IMG/VR virus record: IMGVR_UViG_3300037312_000757
Reading direction: 5' to 3' (one strand)
Length of the DNA stretch: 64,000 bases
From: a virus
Lineage: Duplodnaviria > Heunggongvirae > Uroviricota > Caudoviricetes
The notes beneath the pieces are model-generated. The model did not search any database and was not told the DNA's origin. It saw nothing but the letters and a program-made list of their open reading frames with translations. Of the stretch, positions 48,986-60,900 are shown in pieces. The position numbers were made by a program, and so were the translations under genes. Position 1 is the first letter of the stretch. Each line of letters begins with the position of its first letter.

Positions 48986-49555
48986 TCAAGTGGTTGGTAG
49001 ATTATATCCATTAGCGTCTGGTTGATTGGAACCTACTGGTGATATCCATGTTACGTTTGTGATTTGATCGTAATCGGTCATAGCATTTATTTGAGTAGCC
49101 AGAGTTGCCTTTTGTTGTAGGCAGGCCAGTATTTGTGCTTTACCGTCTCTGCCTACTTGTTGGATCTGGGTGGTGTTGTGACTAAGATATGACCAGGTAT
49201 TGGTTGAGTTAGCGCACCAGAATGGGGTTGACCAGGATGTTTCGTTTGCTTGGACTGCCAGTACTGAGTCGAGGACTGAGGCTGAGAGGTTCTGTTGGTC
49301 CAGGTCTTCAGCGGGATAATGTAGCCAGGTTCCTGTAGCGTTTGAGTTGAAGCCCAGATAGATTTCGCTCTTGCAGGCGTCGTTCATCTGTTGGATCTTC
49401 CATGCTTTGTGATCGTCTAGTGAGTAGATTGGATCTGGTGTATTGCCATCGGATAGCCATGTTTCGTAATCATCCCAGTGACGAGAGCCTTGCGGGATGA
49501 TTTCATTTGTATCCTCGTTGATAACGATAGTTGGATCTGCTGTTAGTTTGTACAT
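48986..49555 (-). CDS. tail fibre assembly chaperone-like protein (DUF4376-like)
   Basis: Y..WL.DGNTP.P; YP...DQ.NL; FWC; H...QIQQVG.D; downstream of a fibre gene. Confidence 0.7.
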   Translation of the reverse strand: MYKLTADPTIVINEDTNEIIPQGSRHWDDYETWLSDGNTPDPIYSLDDHKAWKIQQMNDACKSEIYLGFNSNATGTWLHYPAEDLDQQNLSASVLDSVLAVQANETSWSTPFWCANSTNTWSYLSHNTTQIQQVGRDGKAQILACLQQKATLATQINAMTDYDQITNVTWISPVGSNQPDANGYNLPTT

Positions 49556-49567
49556 AGTTAGGAGTCC

Positions 49568-51832
49568 TTATAGATCAGCGTCAGCGGTGGCGTGGATCAC
49601 ATAGGTATTATTAGCCGCGATTGTGGTTGGTGTGCCTACTGTTACGCCTGCTGCTGATATCTTTGAAACTGGTAGAGTTTGCGCCTGTACTGCGCCTGAA
49701 AGATTTGTCCAATATGGGGTCGAGTTATTACCGACTGTGTAGAGCGTTACGGTTGGTAGTCCTCGCATTGGTACATCAAATGACCAGTTAGCCCATTGTG
49801 AGAAGCCGGTTGAACCTTGGCTGATTGTTAGAGGTGTAGAGTAGATACCAGTGTTTGCTGCTGGTGTGGTAGCAGTTGGGAATGTTTTGCGGTAGAAGCG
49901 CAGACACTGCATGATTTCTTGATGTGTAGTTTGCACCATGTATGGTGTTGCTGCTGGTCCTGCTTCCAGTTGAACCTGTACCAGGTAGAATGAGAATGCT
50001 TGGCTTGTTGGTAGAACGAATTGGAGTGCCAGATAATCGTTACCGTTTGTACCGAGCGTGCCTGTTGTGGTTGGTAGGTTGAATGTGGCGGTTAGACGTG
50101 TGAAAGTTGAGCTGTTAACGGTAAAGTATTGAGTTGGTGTAGTAACGGTTGGTGATGGAGAACCGCCTGTTCCGAAGCATTGTGCTAAGTTTACACCAAG
50201 CTGGAATGAGCTTTGGGAACCAGCACCAAGAGCGACGCTGAATGAAACCGTACAAGTTTGACCGTTCAGAACGTAAATGCCTTCACAGCGGTGACTCAAC
50301 ATCAAAGATGTGAGGTTTGGGGCCACTGTTTGATTCCAAGAATACACACCGTATGGTCCAAGAGATGCGGTGAGACCAGCTGGTTGTGTTCCGGCCAGTG
50401 CTTGGCCGATCGTGAACGTGCCTGGTGATGTGCCCGCGTAATCAATGCGCCATTTGTCTGCCGTGTATGTACCTGACGCTGGAGTTGTCCAAGAGTTACC
50501 ACGCTGCCAGACGTCAAATTGGCCATTCAGAATACGATTTCTGCGGTACGGGACTGACTGAACAAATGCGGTTGAAGCAATTGAGTTATCGTTCTTCCCT
50601 AGTGGGACCACATTTGTCATTGTGTTGGTGATGTTCACACCTGAAGAATTCGAAATCACTTCTGACGAATCACCTGGTGTGATCAATGTGGTATTCGCAT
50701 TACCATTTGAAAGAACCAGTGAAAAACCGCCTGTGGTATTGTTGACGACTATCCACCATCCTTGTGATGGGAGAGTGACAGTTGCATTAGCGGTAAGTGT
50801 TCCTGAAATCTGCAGACAGGCATAATTGTATTGATTTGCAGCCAATATCGTATCGCCTGAAATTGTTATTGCAGTGGTACTGTTGCTCACTATCTGAACG
50901 AATTGTGTGGTTGCAATTTTGTGGCTGCTATCACCAGCTGGTGGTGTTGGTGCTACTTGGCTTGAAAGGAAAATACCGTAAGTATTGTGTAGGATTGCGA
51001 AACAAGACTCACCAGGTTGCAAGGTTAATGGTGAACCTGCTCCATTCGACATGACGAAAGTAATAGGTTGTGAACCACCATTCCAGAGAGTTGCCGAATC
51101 TGATTGACCAATACTTGGTGGTACTGATGGAAGCGTAATCGTTGCTGCGGTTGAACCCTGGAAATACAGAACTGAATACGCACATTCGTCTGGGGTCAAT
51201 GTCAGGTCACCAGTAACCGTAAAGGTATTCACCCCAGTTAATACTTGGGCAAGCCATCCCATGCTAACTGGTGCGAGACTAGGACTTAGCAGTGTGGTGG
51301 CGGGAACAACTGAGTTTGAGAAAGCCAATCCGGTACTCAAACCAATAACAGGTGCAACTGATGATTGCGGAATTACGATCGAACCGCCATTTGCAGTCGT
51401 TAGGGTAATAGAAAAAGCACCTGATGTTTCATTAACAACTAACCATTGACCTGCATTTGGTAGCGTAACAGTCACATTAGTGGTAAGAGTTCCGTTCAAA
51501 ACGATAGTGCTAGAACCAGCTTGGGCGGTAGACAGAATCACATTAGCGTTTGATAGCGTAATGTTTGATACACCTTTGGCTATGTTTTGAACGAACGCCG
51601 TGGTAGCGTAAAGAGTAGAACTGTCACCAGAAGTAGCTGTAACGCCGGTTGGTGAATTCATACCACCATAGGCGAGTGAATTCCAGGCTGTTGTGCCGTC
51701 TCCGATTTTGAAGTATTTGGTGTCAAGCTCAAGACCCAGTTCGCCTACTGCTAGAATCGGATTTGATGCTGTCCATTGTGCCGCATTTTGTCTGCGGAAT
51801 TGAATAGTGCCTTGATATGTGAATGCTGCCAT
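49568..51832 (-). CDS. tail fibre / receptor-binding protein with Mtd_N-like N-terminus
   Basis: IQFRR..A..W...NPIL..GE.G.E.DT..FKIGDG...W..L.Y; RNRILNG.FDVWQRG carbohydrate-binding-like domain; QLE.G..ATP. Confidence 0.8.
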   Translation of the reverse strand: MAAFTYQGTIQFRRQNAAQWTASNPILAVGELGLELDTKYFKIGDGTTAWNSLAYGGMNSPTGVTATSGDSSTLYATTAFVQNIAKGVSNITLSNANVILSTAQAGSSTIVLNGTLTTNVTVTLPNAGQWLVVNETSGAFSITLTTANGGSIVIPQSSVAPVIGLSTGLAFSNSVVPATTLLSPSLAPVSMGWLAQVLTGVNTFTVTGDLTLTPDECAYSVLYFQGSTAATITLPSVPPSIGQSDSATLWNGGSQPITFVMSNGAGSPLTLQPGESCFAILHNTYGIFLSSQVAPTPPAGDSSHKIATTQFVQIVSNSTTAITISGDTILAANQYNYACLQISGTLTANATVTLPSQGWWIVVNNTTGGFSLVLSNGNANTTLITPGDSSEVISNSSGVNITNTMTNVVPLGKNDNSIASTAFVQSVPYRRNRILNGQFDVWQRGNSWTTPASGTYTADKWRIDYAGTSPGTFTIGQALAGTQPAGLTASLGPYGVYSWNQTVAPNLTSLMLSHRCEGIYVLNGQTCTVSFSVALGAGSQSSFQLGVNLAQCFGTGGSPSPTVTTPTQYFTVNSSTFTRLTATFNLPTTTGTLGTNGNDYLALQFVLPTSQAFSFYLVQVQLEAGPAATPYMVQTTHQEIMQCLRFYRKTFPTATTPAANTGIYSTPLTISQGSTGFSQWANWSFDVPMRGLPTVTLYTVGNNSTPYWTNLSGAVQAQTLPVSKISAAGVTVGTPTTIAANNTYVIHATADADL

Positions 51833-52230
51833 TACGATGTTCCTCCGTCTATGACGACAATTTGGTAGAACAATGCATTGGTACTCGCATCCCCGCCGTC
51901 AAAGTTCAAAATTGGTGTGTTTACCAGATCATTGTAGTCACCACTTGTAGCCACATTTGCCAATCCATTTATGTCATTTGCGATCAAACAATGCCATTCA
52001 AAGGCATTGTTTGCTGGATTGATTCTTAGAACTTTGTTTGCGGCGAAGCCATTTGCCGGTATATGATAACCGTAAAGGCCAATTGCGTTGGTGCCTAGTT
52101 GAAGACCTGAAGGATTTCCTGCGCCATCTTCAACATTTCTGAGCGTTGCATCTAAACCAGTACCAGGATTGGTGACTTTTAGGAGTTCCTGATAAGCAGA
52201 ACTAGGCGAACGCCCTTTGAGAGATGACAT
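51832..52230 (-). CDS. fibre adaptor-like protein (paralogue family A)
   Basis: Start MSSLKGRSP; YQELLKVTN...GLDATLRNVEDG.G; LANVATSGDYNDL. Confidence 0.7.
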   Translation of the reverse strand: MSSLKGRSPSSAYQELLKVTNPGTGLDATLRNVEDGAGNPSGLQLGTNAIGLYGYHIPANGFAANKVLRINPANNAFEWHCLIANDINGLANVATSGDYNDLVNTPILNFDGGDASTNALFYQIVVIDGGTS

Positions 52231-52331
52231 TAAAAGCTCCTTTATTTTCACATATTTAGCAACTATTTGTTGTCAAAATTGCAATAAAAAGGGCTCCCGT
52301 TTGGGAGCCCTTTTCTAGTTAGGAGAACTTA

Positions 52332-52826
52332 TTACCAGCTGATTGCCATGACCGTTGCTGAGTCAGTAGCGGACATGATCTGATTGATGAGATCTTGCTT
52401 CTTTGTGAGGATGGCATTTACGCCTGTGAAGAGGTCAGCACCTGCTTGTTGAATCTGTGGAATGCCGTGCTGAAGATAAGCCCAGACGCCGCTTGAATTT
52501 TGCACTAGCATTGGCATTGTAGTTTGACCTTGCAATTGTGGCAGCATTGATGCGGCTACGACTGAATTGTAATGTACCATGTCTGAGTCTTCGCCTGAAT
52601 ATGTGTATGTTGAACCCAGTGCATTTGACGTGATACCAGCTGCTTTCGCAGTGTCTGCAGCAGAAACGATGATGCCATATTTGTATTGCTGCGCGTCTGC
52701 CAGAGCGATTGGTTCTGGAGTATTACCATCAGCCAACCAAGCTTGGTAATCACCGTTTGAAACGTCTACGTATGAACCATCGGTCAGATTGATGACGGTA
52801 TTTTGATCGGTCGTAAGTTGGTACAT
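52332..52826 (-). CDS. tail fibre assembly chaperone-like protein (DUF4376-like)
   Basis: YQAWLADGNTPEP; H...QIQQ.G.D. Confidence 0.7.
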   Translation of the reverse strand: MYQLTTDQNTVINLTDGSYVDVSNGDYQAWLADGNTPEPIALADAQQYKYGIIVSAADTAKAAGITSNALGSTYTYSGEDSDMVHYNSVVAASMLPQLQGQTTMPMLVQNSSGVWAYLQHGIPQIQQAGADLFTGVNAILTKKQDLINQIMSATDSATVMAISW

Positions 52827-52924
52827 GATATTCCTTAAAAGTTTGTGGCTTCGAGAGCCTCATCTATTTAAACTAATGAATGAAAAGAGCGATCATTCGA
52901 TCGCTCTTTGAAAGTAAGCTCTGT

Positions 52925-55900
52925 TTACTGGTTAGGGAATGCGCTTGATGGAACTGTGAAGTTACTTGTGTATCGAGCGACACCGTTTGTGATACGGAAA
53001 TCATCGATATAGCCATTCCACGGAGAACCACCCGCAGAATAGTTCTGAGACGTACCACCAACAATGAATGGACCTGAGTTGTACAACAGTGATCCACTCA
53101 ATGTACCGGTGGCCACGCTAGTGCCATTCAAATACATTGTGAACGTATTACCGTTTCTAACGACGGCAATATGATACCATGTACCAAGTGTAAGAGTTGG
53201 TGTATTCAACTGCAGAGGCCAAGAACCCGATGCGGTTGTTGCATAGAATGACAGAATATTCGTCGCACTATATTGCATTTCGCATTGAGTATATTCAGTA
53301 GAAGCATTTCGCTTACCAAACAAACCACCAGAAGCCACAGACGCTGACGCATTGAACCAACATTCGACGGTGAAGTTGTTTGAATAGAAGTTCAGATGTG
53401 GTGCATCTGCCAGCCACAAACCACTGTTTGAACCATCGAAATACATAGCAGAACTACCGTATTTTACTTGTGTGGTTGATACCTTAGTATTGCCTACCGT
53501 TGCCACATCGTTTTGCATTGCATTGTCGATCACACCCGTAGCACTTGCTGATTGCGCTTGATACAGAAGAACTGTATTTGGCACGTTTGTTGCTGGTGTT
53601 GTGCTTGGTGTAAAATTAGCAGTGTACAAAGCAGTACCGTTCACAATGCGAACATCCGTCATGTAACCTGCTGTATATTCGTTGATAGAACCAGAAGCGT
53701 TGCTTACGCCGATATACAGAGGGTTTGATGAAGTATTGTTGAGCGTACCACTAATAGAACTAGTTGTTGTATCTTGGACACCATTTACGAAAATACGTGC
53801 TACTGTGCCCTTTCGAGTAATAGCAACGTGATTCCAAGCGCCTGGAATAACCTTAGCAGTTGTACCAGTAAAACCAGTATTTGTTCCCCCAATACCGTAT
53901 GAGAACGCAATGAAACCAGAAGTGGTTACTTCAATACGGAATGCACACGCAGTTGCGGTGCCAGATGTCCAATAGGACATGTGGCTGGTAGTCGCCGCAA
54001 TAGACTTCTGATACACCCAGTATTCGATAGTAAAGTCATCAGTAAACTGATAGCTAGTGCTGTTTGGTGCTGTCAAATAACCCGTTGAACCATCGAGATA
54101 CAGTGAACCTCCATATGCTGTTGCATTATATGGTGTTGCATTATCACCGAATGGATTGAAACGTGTAACTGCCATACTTCCTGATGGGGTAATTGCCCAA
54201 GCATTCGTTGACGTATCAACAAAACTGTTTGATTGGCAAGTCAACAAGTTGGTACCTGTAATCGCAGTAAGTGGTGCTTTAGATGGTGTAAATGCTGATG
54301 TGTAAACTTGAGAACCAAATACCACACGCAAGTTGCTGATGTAACCTTGCCAAGCAGGGTTTGTGCCAGTGTTGTTGTTACCAATAGCAGCTGATCCAGT
54401 TCCAACGAACATGTTCGTAACACCGTGGCTCATAGAGCCACCACTCGTTCCATTGAACCAAAAGTTTGTAACACCAGAGCCACCAACCTGCGTAATTGCA
54501 AAGTGATTCCATGTACCAGCAGTCAGACTAATGTTTGATGAATTCGCAGTTGCAATAGTTGTGCCATTACTTGAAACTTGGCAAAGAATTTGATATGCGC
54601 TGCCAGTATATTGAACACCCCAAGCTAATTCAAAATTGCTGGTGCCAGTTCTTCCTTTTTGCCAAATAACAAATTCACCATTTGAACCTGTCGTTGTTGG
54701 TAATGTGGTAAAGTTAACCCAGCATTCTATCGCGAACGTCTGGTTTGCCATACCAGCAGATGTGGAAGCTCCATATGTCAAATACGACACAGGAGATGAA
54801 GCCAAAGAGGTTGACCAGTTTGTACCATAAGGAGTGAATGTTCCTTCAGCTGTTGGTGTACCAGTCTTTGTCAATGCAGTAGATGTGATAGCTGATGAAG
54901 AAAACGTAGCTGATAACCCCGTATTTGCGGCACCGTTTGAACCATCACCATGAATCAACATTGAAACGTAGTTGAAGTATGGATCGGTTGCCATACTGTT
55001 GCCAAAGGCAGTTGATGATGGTGTAAAGTTGGCCGTGTAACGTGCGATGCCATTTGTGACGCGTACTTCATCAATATAGCCGTTGAAGGTCCACAATGCA
55101 CCGCCAGAGGTACCAGTTACACCAATAACCGTTGGTGCAACCTGAGTCATCAAATTGCCACTATATGAAGCAGAACCGATGGAAACACCATCAAGGTAGA
55201 GCGTGACTGTTCTGTTGTTGCTGACCGCAGCTACGTGGTGCCATGCATTCGCGCTAGGAGCAGTTGAACCACTTAGCTGGAAAGCCCAGCTACCACCTGT
55301 AGAACACCAAACTTGCAAACTACCACCATTTAGAGTAAACAGAACAGGGGCATAGTCGGTACTGGTATTTGCTCGTGTTGACAGAATACCACCACTAATG
55401 TTTGCTGCTGCTGGATAGATCCAAGCTTCTACTGTCCAGTTCGGTCCGAATGGCACCGCTTCAGAAACTGGCATCTGGAGGAAGTTCGTTGATGTACCGT
55501 TGAATGACAGACTACCACCGCCAAACTTGGATTGTGCTGTGCTAATTTGCGCAATGCCTTGTGTTACGACGTTCTGTTGTACTGCTGAATCGTAAATGCC
55601 TGACGTACGAGCAGTTGAACCGTTATACAAGAAAACTGTGTTTGTGGTTGCGGTTAATGGTGCTGTATTCGGTGTAAATGCTGCGGTGTACAGAGCGGTG
55701 CCGTTCACAATACGAACGTCAGTCATATAACCGTTGAAATAATTGAATGGTGATGCATAGCGAGCACCAATAGTTGTTGTTGTTCCAACCGTATATACCG
55801 TTGAATCTGTTGCAGACGCTACCAGCTTTCCATTGATGAACATGCGATTGGTCGCCCCTTGACGTGAATATGCAACATGGTTCCACGTATATTTTGGCAA

Positions 55901-57688
55901 ATCGGTCGATGATACATCCGTTAGAACAGCCGTAGAACCATAGCCCCAGCTCAACGTTCCTGATGTTGCATTAAGGCCAATACCAAAATACCAGCCATTT
56001 GTAGCAGAGGCAGAGCGAGAATCAATTATAAACGTGGTCAATCCAGATTGTGGAACATTCAGATAAATCCATGCCTCAACCGTAAAATCACCAGAAAAAG
56101 CCACGTTGCTTCCTGCCGATGAAGTCAAATAACCAGTAGAGCCATCAAACCATGCTGAATTGCCGGTTGATGCAACCGGAGCAGAACCAGCAACCGTACT
56201 GAAAGGGTTGAAACGTAATACTGGAACCGAACCCGTTGTGGTAAAGGAAAATGCGTTTGAACTGTTATCAACCACACTTCCATTCTGCAGTGTCAACAGT
56301 GATGTACCACTTACGGCTGTCAATGGACCTGTTGGTGGTGTGAATGCCGATGTGTAAAGAGCGGTACCTTTCACAACACGGAAGTTTGACATATAACCCA
56401 TGATACCATATTGAGTTCCCAATACGGCTTGACCGATCATACATGGCTGATTTGAGCCCAAATCATCTTGGTTAGAGCTTGTGCCTACTTGAGTACCATT
56501 TTTGAACAGACGCCAAACACCTGAAGCATCACGCGTCAGGGCTACGTGATACCATACACCAATAGTCATTGCTGTAGCATCAGAGACCACATTGTTTGCT
56601 GGGCCATCGAAATATGAAAGATGTCCAGTTCCATCAACACGGAATGTCAGTGCTGTACTTGTGCCACCAGTGCGAAGATCACAAATATCACCAATATTTG
56701 AATTGAACGCGGTGTTATTGATCCAACATTCAATCGTAAATGCACCAGTACCGAAACCAAATGCGGTGCTTGATGCTACAGTCAAATTGGTACCACCACC
56801 TGCAAAATATGCGGACCAATCGTTACCACCAGTGAGGTTGTCTGCAAATGGCCCTGGACGCATAGTTTGTGGCGAACCACTAACGGTCAACGTGGCGGCA
56901 TTGGTACTATTGTCAACGAAATAGCTGTTCTGGCACGTCAGAAGACTCGTGCCACTTACGGCTGTCAATGGACCAGTAGGAGGTGTAAATGCAGCGGTGT
57001 AAAGCGCTGTTCCCTTTACCACTCGAACGTTGGAAATATTACCAGCAACCCAGGTTGACGTATTATCAATCGTTTGTCCGATGCGAACTGTTTGTGTTGA
57101 GCCTAAATCGTCTACCGCAGTAGTTGTTGCTACTTGAGCCCCGTTTTTGAACAGACGCCATACTCCGCTTGCATCTCTAGTCAAAGCGATATGATACCAT
57201 TGACCAAGAGCTAATGCTGTTGTGTCTGTTACAGTTGCATTATTTGGACCGTCATAGAAATATAGTTGGTTGCTGGTGTTAATGGCGATTGCTGTACCTT
57301 GATGTGCGCTTGGGGTTGTTCGCACGTCAATAATACCGCCATAGGTTGATGTGTTTGTGGCAGTTTGCAAAAACCAACATTCAATTGTAAACGCACCTGT
57401 ACCAAAACCAAATGCAGTAGATGCGGCTAGAGAAAGATAATTTGTACCACTACTTGAAAAAAATGTGGACCAATTTGAACCGTAAGGTGAGAATGAACCT
57501 TCGGTCATTGTGCCATTTTTGGTAACATATGGTGAGCTTGATGCAACAAATGTATTGTTCGCAGCGTTGTTTGTGCCATCACCGTGCAAAAGTGCTGCCA
57601 CATTGCTGAAGTTGGCATCTGTTGGAGTGGTTCCGCCACCGCCACCAAGAGTGCCTTTGACCGCAGCCATGAGTAGTTGATTGCTCAT
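52925..57688 (-). CDS. LamG/concanavalin A-like lectin repeat virion protein (7 modules)
   Basis: Seven (F/W)(T/A)(I/V)E.W ... W.H.A ... GY....R...G.A.YT..F modules. Confidence 0.85.
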   Translation of the reverse strand: MSNQLLMAAVKGTLGGGGGTTPTDANFSNVAALLHGDGTNNAANNTFVASSSPYVTKNGTMTEGSFSPYGSNWSTFFSSSGTNYLSLAASTAFGFGTGAFTIECWFLQTATNTSTYGGIIDVRTTPSAHQGTAIAINTSNQLYFYDGPNNATVTDTTALALGQWYHIALTRDASGVWRLFKNGAQVATTTAVDDLGSTQTVRIGQTIDNTSTWVAGNISNVRVVKGTALYTAAFTPPTGPLTAVSGTSLLTCQNSYFVDNSTNAATLTVSGSPQTMRPGPFADNLTGGNDWSAYFAGGGTNLTVASSTAFGFGTGAFTIECWINNTAFNSNIGDICDLRTGGTSTALTFRVDGTGHLSYFDGPANNVVSDATAMTIGVWYHVALTRDASGVWRLFKNGTQVGTSSNQDDLGSNQPCMIGQAVLGTQYGIMGYMSNFRVVKGTALYTSAFTPPTGPLTAVSGTSLLTLQNGSVVDNSSNAFSFTTTGSVPVLRFNPFSTVAGSAPVASTGNSAWFDGSTGYLTSSAGSNVAFSGDFTVEAWIYLNVPQSGLTTFIIDSRSASATNGWYFGIGLNATSGTLSWGYGSTAVLTDVSSTDLPKYTWNHVAYSRQGATNRMFINGKLVASATDSTVYTVGTTTTIGARYASPFNYFNGYMTDVRIVNGTALYTAAFTPNTAPLTATTNTVFLYNGSTARTSGIYDSAVQQNVVTQGIAQISTAQSKFGGGSLSFNGTSTNFLQMPVSEAVPFGPNWTVEAWIYPAAANISGGILSTRANTSTDYAPVLFTLNGGSLQVWCSTGGSWAFQLSGSTAPSANAWHHVAAVSNNRTVTLYLDGVSIGSASYSGNLMTQVAPTVIGVTGTSGGALWTFNGYIDEVRVTNGIARYTANFTPSSTAFGNSMATDPYFNYVSMLIHGDGSNGAANTGLSATFSSSAITSTALTKTGTPTAEGTFTPYGTNWSTSLASSPVSYLTYGASTSAGMANQTFAIECWVNFTTLPTTTGSNGEFVIWQKGRTGTSNFELAWGVQYTGSAYQILCQVSSNGTTIATANSSNISLTAGTWNHFAITQVGGSGVTNFWFNGTSGGSMSHGVTNMFVGTGSAAIGNNNTGTNPAWQGYISNLRVVFGSQVYTSAFTPSKAPLTAITGTNLLTCQSNSFVDTSTNAWAITPSGSMAVTRFNPFGDNATPYNATAYGGSLYLDGSTGYLTAPNSTSYQFTDDFTIEYWVYQKSIAATTSHMSYWTSGTATACAFRIEVTTSGFIAFSYGIGGTNTGFTGTTAKVIPGAWNHVAITRKGTVARIFVNGVQDTTTSSISGTLNNTSSNPLYIGVSNASGSINEYTAGYMTDVRIVNGTALYTANFTPSTTPATNVPNTVLLYQAQSASATGVIDNAMQNDVATVGNTKVSTTQVKYGSSAMYFDGSNSGLWLADAPHLNFYSNNFTVECWFNASASVASGGLFGKRNASTEYTQCEMQYSATNILSFYATTASGSWPLQLNTPTLTLGTWYHIAVVRNGNTFTMYLNGTSVATGTLSGSLLYNSGPFIVGGTSQNYSAGGSPWNGYIDDFRITNGVARYTSNFTVPSSAFPNQ

Positions 57689-57743
57689 TTGAAATTCCTT
57701 CCTAGATATGAAATGGGCCCGTAGAAGAACTACGAGCCCTCTT

Positions 57744-57812
57744 TCATGGATTTATTACCAACCCTGTGTCAACGTTAAGGACGGTATTCTATTCCGTAGT
57801 GAGTTGGTACAT
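57744..57812 (-). pseudogene. remnant of a fibre-chaperone gene 5' end
   Basis: Translates as MYQLTTE*NTVLNVDTGLVINP*, matching MYQLTTDQNTVINLTDG of 52332..52826; late motif upstream at 57851-57856. Confidence 0.65.
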
Positions 57813-57954
57813 CGTAATTCATTTAAATCACTGCCCTTTTGAGCTACTACTATTTACACTACAAAAGCATGCGTCTAAAAAGTATGTATTACATAATGAT
57901 TACCAAATAAAAAGAGCGATCTTTTCGATCGCTCTTTTTGATAGTAAGGGAAAC

Positions 57955-60900
57955 TTACTGGTTAGGGAATGCTGTTGTTGGAGGAGTAAAGTTGGCTGTA
58001 TATCGGGCTAGACCGTATGTAATACGGAAATCTTGTCCAAAACCATTTAGAACATAATCAGTACCTGTTGTGAACGTGGTACTACTAGCTCCTACAACTA
58101 ATGGCGCAACTGGATTCATAAGAGCCGCACTTGTTGTGAGGGTTGCAATCGAAGTACCGTTTAGATAAAGTGTGATTGTAGAACCATTTCGAACTACGGC
58201 AACATGGAACCATGAACTCAAAGGGATACTAGCAGTAGATACAACGTCTAAGTCCCAAGAGCTTCCTGTCGTAGATCCAGCCATTTCGAATTGACCTTGG
58301 TTTGTTCCCAAATATATAGGTGAATATTGAGCGACTGCACTACGATAGGCAAAAAAACCATCATGGTTTGGGTTGGTTGAACTAACACCATTCACATAAA
58401 ACCATCCTTCAATAGTAAAGTTTCTTGAACCGAGTGGCATATTTTCTGTTCCTTTAAGCGCCACCATTCCTGTATGAGTTCCGGTCGATGTCGCAAACTG
58501 AATGGAACTACCACCAAATTTGTACTTTGATGTACTAATTTGGGCACCTAGTGTTTCAACAAGCTGTTGCATGGCATTGTCATATATACCAGCATTTTGT
58601 GCCTTGTATAAGAAGTTAGTACCAATGTTTGCAGTCAATGGCGTAGTTGGCGGTGTAAATGTTGCGGTATACAACGCGCGCCCATTCGTAATTCTCAAAT
58701 CTGAAATATAACCATTGAAATAAGTGGATGTACCATTAATTGATTGACCAATCAAAAGTGGCTGGCTAGAACCCACGTTGTCTGCTGCTGTACTTGTTTG
58801 AACCTGGCTACCATTTTTGAATAATCGCCATATACCGAATGCATCTCTTGTTAATGCGACATGGTACCAAGTATTTAACGATAGTGCCGTTGTATCGCTA
58901 TATGTTGTATTGTTAGGACCATCATAATAATACAAATGACCAGTGCTATCGATTGAAACTGATAATGCTGTTGAACTTACCGATGCTCTTAAATCGACAA
59001 TCGCACCATTATTAGGACAAAATGCATTTACATATACCCAGGCTTCAATTGTAAATGCACCAGTACCAAATCCAAATTGAGCTGATGACGCATAACTCAA
59101 ATTGCTACCTGAACCAGCAAACCAACATGAACCGCCATATGTTGTGGTTGAATATGGGGTTGCATTATCACCGAATGGATTAAAACGAGTTTTAATCATT
59201 GGACCATTTGCAGTAATTGCCCAAGCATTAGGTGAATTATCAATATAGGTGCTTGATTGGCAAGTAAGAACATTTGTACCAGTAATGGCTGTTAGCGGCG
59301 CCGAAGATGGTGTGAAGGTGGATGTATACACTTGGGAACCAAACACAACACGAATATTGCTAATATAACCCTGCCATGTTGGGTTAGTACCTGTGCTGTT
59401 ATTGCCAATTGCGGCTAATCCTGTCCCCACAAACATATTGGCAATGCCGTGGCTCATAGAACTAGCACTTTGACCATTAAACCAAAAATTGGTAGTACCT
59501 GAACCACCAACCTGCGTAATTGCAAAATGATTCCATGTTCCGGCTGTTAGGCTGATGTTAGAAGAATTGGCACTAGCAACGGTTGTGCCATTACCAGATA
59601 CTTGGCATAGTATTTGATATCCACTACCTGTATTTTGAACACCCCAGGCCAATTCAAAATTCGATGTTCCTGTTCTACCTTTTTGCCAAATTACAAATTC
59701 ACCATTTGACCCTGTAGTTGTTGGTAATGAATCAAACATCACCCAAGCTTCCATGGTAAATGTTTGATTTGCTGGGCCGGCCGATGTTGATGCTCCATAT
59801 GTCAAATATGATGAAGTGGAGGTCGATGACAAGAAATCCGACCAATTAGATCCATATGGAGTAAATGAGCCTTCTGTCAACGTACCAGCTCTGGTTAGAG
59901 ACAACGAACTTTGTGGCATAGTTGCCACAGCAACACTATTGTTATATGCATTTTGGCCAGTACCATGAATTAATAATGCTACATAATTGAAATATGGATC
60001 ACTAGAAATACTATTTGGAAATGCACTGGTTGGCGCAGTAAAGGTGGCCGTGTAACGTGCAACCCCAATAGTGATGCGTGCTTCTGTTATATAACCAGTA
60101 AACGGTAAACCGGTTGATAGTGAATCAGCACCAATCGTGAAGTTGTCGCCCGTTCCGACACCAATCGAACCAGTTAGAGTTGTTGACCCAGCCAAGGTAC
60201 CATTTACAAACAAATATAGAGTAGATCCTGAACGTGTAGCTGCAACGTGTGACCAAGCATTAACTGTTGGTGACGTAGATGATGTAAAATCAGATGAGTT
60301 ATTCCAATGGAATCCCAATTTACCAGCATTTAGATAAAAGAGCCAATCGGTGTTCACTCCGTTCTTTTGAATACCTAAAATCTGGCCGGACTGACTAGAA
60401 GCAGTTGGGTAAATCCAAGCTTCTACCGTGAAGTTGGATGAATTCAACTGCAATGCTGACCCAGGTGTTCTCAAACTAGGATATACACTATTTGTAAGTG
60501 TACCATTGAAATACATTGATGAGCTGCTGAATTTGGCTTGGGCATTGCTTATTTGAGCAGTACCAATTGTTTGGATATCTTGTTGCATGGCATTATCGTA
60601 AATGCCAATAGAGCCACCACTTTGTGCATTATACAATAATGTTGTATTTGTGACTGATGATAATGGGGCGGTATTTACTGTAAAATTACCTGTATACAAA
60701 GCCGTACCATTTACAATTCGCACATCAGACATATAGCCAGAAAAATATTTCTGAGCGGTGAAACTAGAATTATTATTGTCTGCCCCAATAAACAAAGGTT
60801 GTGGCGAATTATTGAACGAACCAGAAGCTGTTGCGGTAGTCGCATCTTGTATACCATTAACGAACAAACGAATAGTGGATCCTTGACGAGTTACAGCAAT

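Noticed and set aside
57744-57812. TAG-to-Gln recoding (genetic code 15)
   Set aside because: All long genes are intact under code 11, and the relic hits TGA soon afterwards; a single TAG is better explained as a nonsense mutation
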